Positions 29,129-33,207 of a stretch of 33,207 nt of DNA are shown here, piece by piece (positions within the stretch are counted from its first letter, which is position 1; every line of letters starts with the position of its first letter). The notes under the pieces are model-generated. The model saw only the letters and a program-made list of their open reading frames with translations. It was not told the DNA's origin and ran no database searches. A program made the translations under genes and the position numbers. The stretch spans positions 1-33,207 of the forward strand of contig JAZNQB010000010.1 of NCBI GenBank assembly GCA_045589995.1, written 5' to 3'. This stretch comes from Paludibacteraceae bacterium (GTDB taxonomy: Bacteria; Bacteroidota; Bacteroidia; Bacteroidales; Paludibacteraceae).

Positions 29129-31834
29129 TTAACGAACTATTTTCTCTGTCATTCGTTGACCATTCTTCTCGTATTGTATGAGATACATACCATGGTTGAT
29201 ACCATTGAAGTTAACTTCCTCTACATTGTATTGTACAGATATAGGTTGACCGCTGATCGTGTAAATAGTTACATTGTATGGAGGAAGGATCTCAGATGGA
29301 GTCATTGGAACGAAGATATCCTCTAGATCCGTAGTAATCTTTGGCAATTGGCACTCTTTAGCGGTAAGAATCACAAACTCACCTGGAGCAAGAGTGATGG
29401 TAGTAGCAGTTTGCTTTACTTGCTCGAAGTAGTTGTACCAAGTACCAGAAGGAACATTCACAGTTTGATCTCCTGTTACGCCAAAGTTACCAGCCACAAA
29501 GACATTGCTACCCCATTGGATAGTACGAAGCGCTTTGCCAGAACCAAGGCTAGAAGCAGTTGGATTACCTTCGAACACCTCTGGCATAAGACGAGTACGA
29601 AGTTGGATAGTTTGACCTACTTTTTTGAATGCGGCATGACGACAGTGAGGCGCCTTCATCCATGCCTCAGGACGGTATTTAACCTGCATTTTGCAATCGT
29701 AGTCTGCACCTAGTTCGCTAGTGATTCCGTAATCGTTCTTTCCCCATTTACCTTGTGCATTTTGGTATTTCGAATAATCGAAACCAAGTTCAGCAAAGTG
29801 ATAGAACATCTTAGGACCATTGAGCAAAGTAAGGAAAGCCATATTCAGAGGAACGCGCGCTACGCGAGCCTCCTCATTGGTTTGAAGGTCACCATTACCC
29901 CATTGTTTTGCTTTGAAGAAAGCACGCTCTTCATCGTGACTCTCGCAATAGGTCACATAGTCATCTTTGTTAGCAGAAGAGAGGTTATCTCCATCTTTGA
30001 GCCAACCCATTGCAGTTTGGTAATATGCATTGGTGGTGTTATCCCAACATAGCATACCTTCTTTGATTAGAGCAGGACGCTCGCTACCCATATTACTACC
30101 CCAGTGCTCAAGAATCATGTAAGCATCAGGCGAAACGGCTTTAACACCATGCTCGTAGTAATGCTTGATATTAGCTACAGAAGTATTTGCCTTGGTACCG
30201 CAAAGTCCGTGGCTAAGGTCCATACGGAAGCCGTCCACTTTGTATTCGGTCAACCAATATTGTAGTGAGCGAGTAAACATGGTTTTAGTAGGAACGAAAT
30301 CATGGTTCCAATCCTCGTACACATTATCCGAGTGAGGTGCAGTAGCATTGAACCAAGGGTTGTTGCTGAGGTCCGCACCATAAGGATAGAGTTTGTTAAC
30401 AGGGTTGAGACCAGTAGCGTGGTTGAAGACCATATCTAGGATGACTGCGATACCACGTTTGTGGCACTCGTCGATGAAAGTCTTGAGTTCGTCAGGAGTA
30501 CCATAAGCTTTGTCCAATGCAAAGAAGTGATTAGGAGAGTAACCCCAACTGTCGTTGCCATCAAACTCAGTGATAGGCATCAGCTCCACAGCATTCACAC
30601 CAAGATCCTCGATGTAGTTAAGACGATCAATGAGGCCCTTGATATTGCGTGTAGGCGTGTGATCGTATACCCAAAGTTCGTAAATAACAAGATTGTTCTT
30701 ATTAGGACGCTTGAAATTGAGCGTAGCATCAGACCATTTGAAAGCTGGCTTGCTGGTTTGAATTACAGTCACATAACCATCACCTTGTTGAGGATAGTTG
30801 CTCTTGTAACCAGAAATCCATTTGTCATCCCCGTGAAGAACTTTCTCAGAATAAAGATCAGAGATACGTACCACCTTGCCATCAGCACGAACTACTACAT
30901 ATTGCATAGCGTACTCTTGACCAGGGTTGAGGCCAGTAAGTTCAATCCAGAAGTAAGCGCTATCATTAGCTTGCTTAAGTTGGTATTCGTTAGAAATAGT
31001 CCATTTATTGAAATCACCTACAACAAATACATGTTTAGCAGGCTCTGTCTTACTCGCAGCATACGTACAAAGGGTGACTTTGGTTGGGTTAACCTTGTCA
31101 TAGTAAATACCATTTACGATACCTGCAGGGCGATTTGCTTTTGTAGGAGCATTAGGCACACATGTAAAAGCTGTTGCTGTTTTAGTCTCAGAACCAGCCG
31201 TAGCACTAAATTCAATAGAATAGTTGCCTTGTTTGCTAAAAGTATAGTCATAAGTAAGCTCAGTACCAGTAGCGGTCTTCACTGTCTCACCGTTAATTTT
31301 TAGTGTAAGATTCGCAGAAGAGGTCGCATTACCTACAAGAGTCACTTTGGTATTTAGTAAAGAGATCTCAGGTAGATCATTAATAGAGACAGCTAATCCC
31401 TTATCCGCCAATTCAACAAAGATATCAGTACCTTCGGCTGTTTTACCTTCTTTTGATCCAGAAGGGCCATCATGGAACACGAAAGCAAGTTTCTTAATTT
31501 CAGTGGTTTCGGGGCATTTGTAGTAGTCATAGATGTTAGGAATAACTAGTTTCCAGTTGTTACCATCCTTAGTCAATTGTGTCTTAGATGTATTGGCACG
31601 CCAATTCTCGACTACATTTTTCCAGTCTCCATCGTTAGACGAAGCACTAGTGATAAGACCAGTGTGTGCATAGCAGTTACTAGCACCAACCATACCTTTG
31701 TTACCCTCATTAGGGTTAAAGATAATAGTCACCTCGCCAGTATATCCTTTTTGGATAATTGCTGGGATAGTTGTCACCTGCGCAACTGCAGTCATTGCAA
31801 ATACAGATAAAAGTAAAAGTGTAAGTTTTTTCAT
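29129..31834 (-). CDS. secreted GH13 alpha-amylase family enzyme with N-terminal signal peptide, E-set/CBM48-like module and T9SS C-terminal sorting domain
   Basis: The track ORF is trimmed to ATG 31834 (MKKLTLLLLSVFAMTAVAQ). GH13 regions are present: VILDMVFNHA, DGFRMDLSHG, MILEHWG, YCESHDEE. The C-terminus IYTISGQPISVQYNVEEVNFNGINHGMYLIQYEKNGQRMTEKIVR looks like a Por/T9SS CTD. Confidence 0.85.
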   Translation of the reverse strand: MKKLTLLLLSVFAMTAVAQVTTIPAIIQKGYTGEVTIIFNPNEGNKGMVGASNCYAHTGLITSASSNDGDWKNVVENWRANTSKTQLTKDGNNWKLVIPNIYDYYKCPETTEIKKLAFVFHDGPSGSKEGKTAEGTDIFVELADKGLAVSINDLPEISLLNTKVTLVGNATSSANLTLKINGETVKTATGTELTYDYTFSKQGNYSIEFSATAGSETKTATAFTCVPNAPTKANRPAGIVNGIYYDKVNPTKVTLCTYAASKTEPAKHVFVVGDFNKWTISNEYQLKQANDSAYFWIELTGLNPGQEYAMQYVVVRADGKVVRISDLYSEKVLHGDDKWISGYKSNYPQQGDGYVTVIQTSKPAFKWSDATLNFKRPNKNNLVIYELWVYDHTPTRNIKGLIDRLNYIEDLGVNAVELMPITEFDGNDSWGYSPNHFFALDKAYGTPDELKTFIDECHKRGIAVILDMVFNHATGLNPVNKLYPYGADLSNNPWFNATAPHSDNVYEDWNHDFVPTKTMFTRSLQYWLTEYKVDGFRMDLSHGLCGTKANTSVANIKHYYEHGVKAVSPDAYMILEHWGSNMGSERPALIKEGMLCWDNTTNAYYQTAMGWLKDGDNLSSANKDDYVTYCESHDEERAFFKAKQWGNGDLQTNEEARVARVPLNMAFLTLLNGPKMFYHFAELGFDYSKYQNAQGKWGKNDYGITSELGADYDCKMQVKYRPEAWMKAPHCRHAAFKKVGQTIQLRTRLMPEVFEGNPTASSLGSGKALRTIQWGSNVFVAGNFGVTGDQTVNVPSGTWYNYFEQVKQTATTITLAPGEFVILTAKECQLPKITTDLEDIFVPMTPSEILPPYNVTIYTISGQPISVQYNVEEVNFNGINHGMYLIQYEKNGQRMTEKIVR

Positions 31835-31863
31835 ATTCTGAATTAGTTTGTATAAATAACGTG

Positions 31864-31894
31864 CAAAGTTACTACAATTTTTGCACATATCAAA
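31864..31894 (-). promoter_or_regulatory. amylase promoter
   Basis: Minus strand: TTTG (31894-31891), 19-nt spacer, TAACTTTG (31871-31864), upstream of ATG 31834. Confidence 0.5.
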
Positions 31895-31911
31895 ATTTTT
31901 ATGTACTTTTG
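31880..31911 (+). promoter_or_regulatory. mnmA promoter
   Basis: TTTG (31880-31883), 20-nt spacer, TACTTTTG (31904-31911), ATG at 31931. It is divergent from and overlaps the amylase promoter. Confidence 0.5.
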
Positions 31912-31930
31912 CGCTCAAAATAGCGAAATT

Positions 31931-32998
31931 ATGTCCAAACGCGTACTTATAGGAATGTCAGGAGGAATTGATTCTACTGTAGCAGCCATCTTGCTCCTAG
32001 AGCAAGGTTTTGAGTTGGTAGGAGCTACATTCCGCACTTTTGATCCAAAGCCAGTTGCATGTGGTCAAAATGAGAAAAGTTGTTGCTCGAAAGATAGTAT
32101 CACCGAAGCCAAACATATGGCTGAAGTACTAGGATTCGAACATCATGTTTTGGACTTTCGTGATACTTTCAAGGAGCATGTGATAGCCAATTTTGTGAGT
32201 GAATATGCTTGCGGTCGCACACCTAACCCATGTGTAATATGTAATTCCCATATCAAATGGGGCAAACTGATGCAAGCCGCTGAGGAATTCGGTTGCGACT
32301 ATATTGCCACAGGGCATTACGCTCAAATCGCAGAACATAGGGGGCATTATTATCTAAAAAATGCAGCAGACACACAAAAAGATCAGACATATTTTTTGTG
32401 GATGCTGACCGAAGAGAATTTGCAAAAAACCATCTTTCCACTAGGTGGACTAACAAAACAAAAGGTACGACAAATCGCATTGGAACATGGGTTTGAGACA
32501 TTGAGCAAAAAAGCTGAGAGTCAAGACATTTGCTTTATCCCCAACAACGACTATCATAGTTTTCTATTAGAGCAGGGCGTGCAAGTGGCTACAGGCAATT
32601 ATATTGACGCCAGTGGCAAGATATTAGGGTTGCACAAAGGGTATTGTTATTATACCATTGGACAACGCAAAGGATTAGGTATCGCTTTGGGTAGTCCCAA
32701 ACATGTTACCCATATTGATGCACAAAACAATACGGTAACTCTTGGCGATCATGATGAACTATATACAACAGTAGTTCGCGCAAAGAATTACCATGTGCGT
32801 GACATAGATTGGCTGCAGGAGACAGCAGAAGTAGAGGCACGCATTCGCTATAAATCCCCTGCAATAAAAGGCCAATTAACCATAGTAGATAGCCAATTGC
32901 AAATACATTTCGACGAACCTGTATGGGGTGTCGCACCAGGACAATCGTTGGTAGTTTACAAAGATGGTTTGCTTGTTGGAGGCGGCATTATAGAATAG
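31931..32998 (+). CDS. mnmA: tRNA-specific 2-thiouridylase
   Basis: The track ORF is trimmed to ATG 31931 (MSKRVLIGMSGGIDSTVAA, PP-loop SGGxDS). Full-length MnmA-like sequence with CNSHIKWG and ATGHYA motifs. Confidence 0.9.
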   Translation: MSKRVLIGMSGGIDSTVAAILLLEQGFELVGATFRTFDPKPVACGQNEKSCCSKDSITEAKHMAEVLGFEHHVLDFRDTFKEHVIANFVSEYACGRTPNPCVICNSHIKWGKLMQAAEEFGCDYIATGHYAQIAEHRGHYYLKNAADTQKDQTYFLWMLTEENLQKTIFPLGGLTKQKVRQIALEHGFETLSKKAESQDICFIPNNDYHSFLLEQGVQVATGNYIDASGKILGLHKGYCYYTIGQRKGLGIALGSPKHVTHIDAQNNTVTLGDHDELYTTVVRAKNYHVRDIDWLQETAEVEARIRYKSPAIKGQLTIVDSQLQIHFDEPVWGVAPGQSLVVYKDGLLVGGGIIE

Positions 32999-33034
32999 GA
33001 TTAAGGTTGAAGGTTGATGGATTAAGGTTGAAGG
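32998..33034. repeat. direct repeat GGATTAAGGTTGAAGG x2 (21-bp period), built from AAGGTTG units
   Basis: Copies at 32998-33013 and 33019-33034, between the mnmA stop and its terminator. Confidence 0.8.
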
Positions 33035-33041
33035 GCAAGAT

Positions 33042-33075
33042 AAAAAAAGGGCACTATGAAAAGTGCCCTTTTTAT
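33042..33075. terminator. bidirectional intrinsic terminator between mnmA and the convergent ettA-like gene
   Basis: GGGCACT (33049-55) / AGTGCCC (33062-68), flanked by A7 upstream and TTTTT downstream. Confidence 0.7.
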
Positions 33076-33207
33076 TATTCCAATTTACGATAACGAATGC
33101 GTTTTGGTTCGGTAGCATCTTCGCCAAGGCGCATTTTCTTATGTGCTTCGTAATCAGAGTAGCTTCCTTCGTACCAATATAGTTTGCTATCTCCCTCAAA
33201 AGAAGTC
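33075..33207 (-). CDS. ettA: 3' end of an ABC-F translational throttle (EttA-like) gene, 5'-truncated by the window edge
   Basis: Hand translation of the minus strand gives ...TSFEGDSKLYWYEGSYSDYEAHKKMRLGEDATEPKRIRYRKLE, stop at 33075-33077. This resembles the conserved EttA C-terminus (..WFEGN[FY]S.YE..KK.RLG.DA..P.RI.Y..L). The listed ORF 32876..33199 is in a different frame and looks spurious. Confidence 0.6.
   Translation of the reverse strand, partial: TSFEGDSKLYWYEGSYSDYEAHKKMRLGEDATEPKRIRYRKLE

Noticed and set aside
31835-31918. N-terminal extensions of the amylase (from 31918) and mnmA (from 31901) ORFs
   Set aside because: The extensions run through the two divergent promoters. The internal ATGs give a proper signal peptide (MKKLTLLLL) and the canonical MnmA PP-loop N-terminus.
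32876-33199. 107-aa minus-strand ORF at the right edge
   Set aside because: It crosses the mnmA stop and the bidirectional terminator and has an implausible sequence. A different minus frame gives a clean EttA-like C-terminus ending at 33075, which I annotated instead.

Overview
About 29 kb of this 33.2-kb window is one Mu-like transposable prophage with a contractile tail. The last ~4 kb is Bacteroidota-type host DNA: a GH13 alpha-amylase with a T9SS sorting domain, mnmA, and the 3' end of an ettA-like ABC-F gene. The Bacteroidota assignment is an inference from repeated TTTG-N19/20-TAnnTTTG promoters, the near absence of Shine-Dalgarno sequences, and the T9SS C-terminal domain. Prophage layout from right to left: (1) a ~1.1-kb non-coding end with Mu-style CGAAAAGT repeats (27920 to ~28900). 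(2) An HTH repressor (+) facing a Cro/Ner-like early operon (-). That operon holds micro-ORFs, an antisense-embedded moron, a tRNA-like element, a MuA-like DDE transposase, a MuB-like AAA+ ATPase, a RecA/KaiC-like ATPase, and GemA-like and other early genes. (3) A rightward packaging/portal/MuF operon (14417-20497, +) that converges on the early operon at a bidirectional terminator. (4) A leftward protease-capsid-lysis-tail-baseplate-fibre operon (13977 down to 1, -), whose last fibre gene runs off the window. I found no CRISPR array, integrase, reverse transcriptase, rRNA or canonical tRNA. Most worth follow-up: a possible -1 frameshift fusing portal to the MuF protein; a MuF C-terminal extension of unknown function; two orphan promoter-plus-terminator mini-cassettes (candidate antisense sRNAs); a tRNA-like minihelix just upstream of the transposase; a moron whose promoter is a near copy of the repressor promoter; a mirror-image face-to-face promoter switch; and a C-rich rut-like tract plus terminator at the prophage end that may insulate it from host read-through. 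All functional calls come from my own reading of motifs and synteny. No database search or folding program was run. Coordinates of non-ORF features were hand-indexed and cross-checked against ORF-track coordinates where possible.
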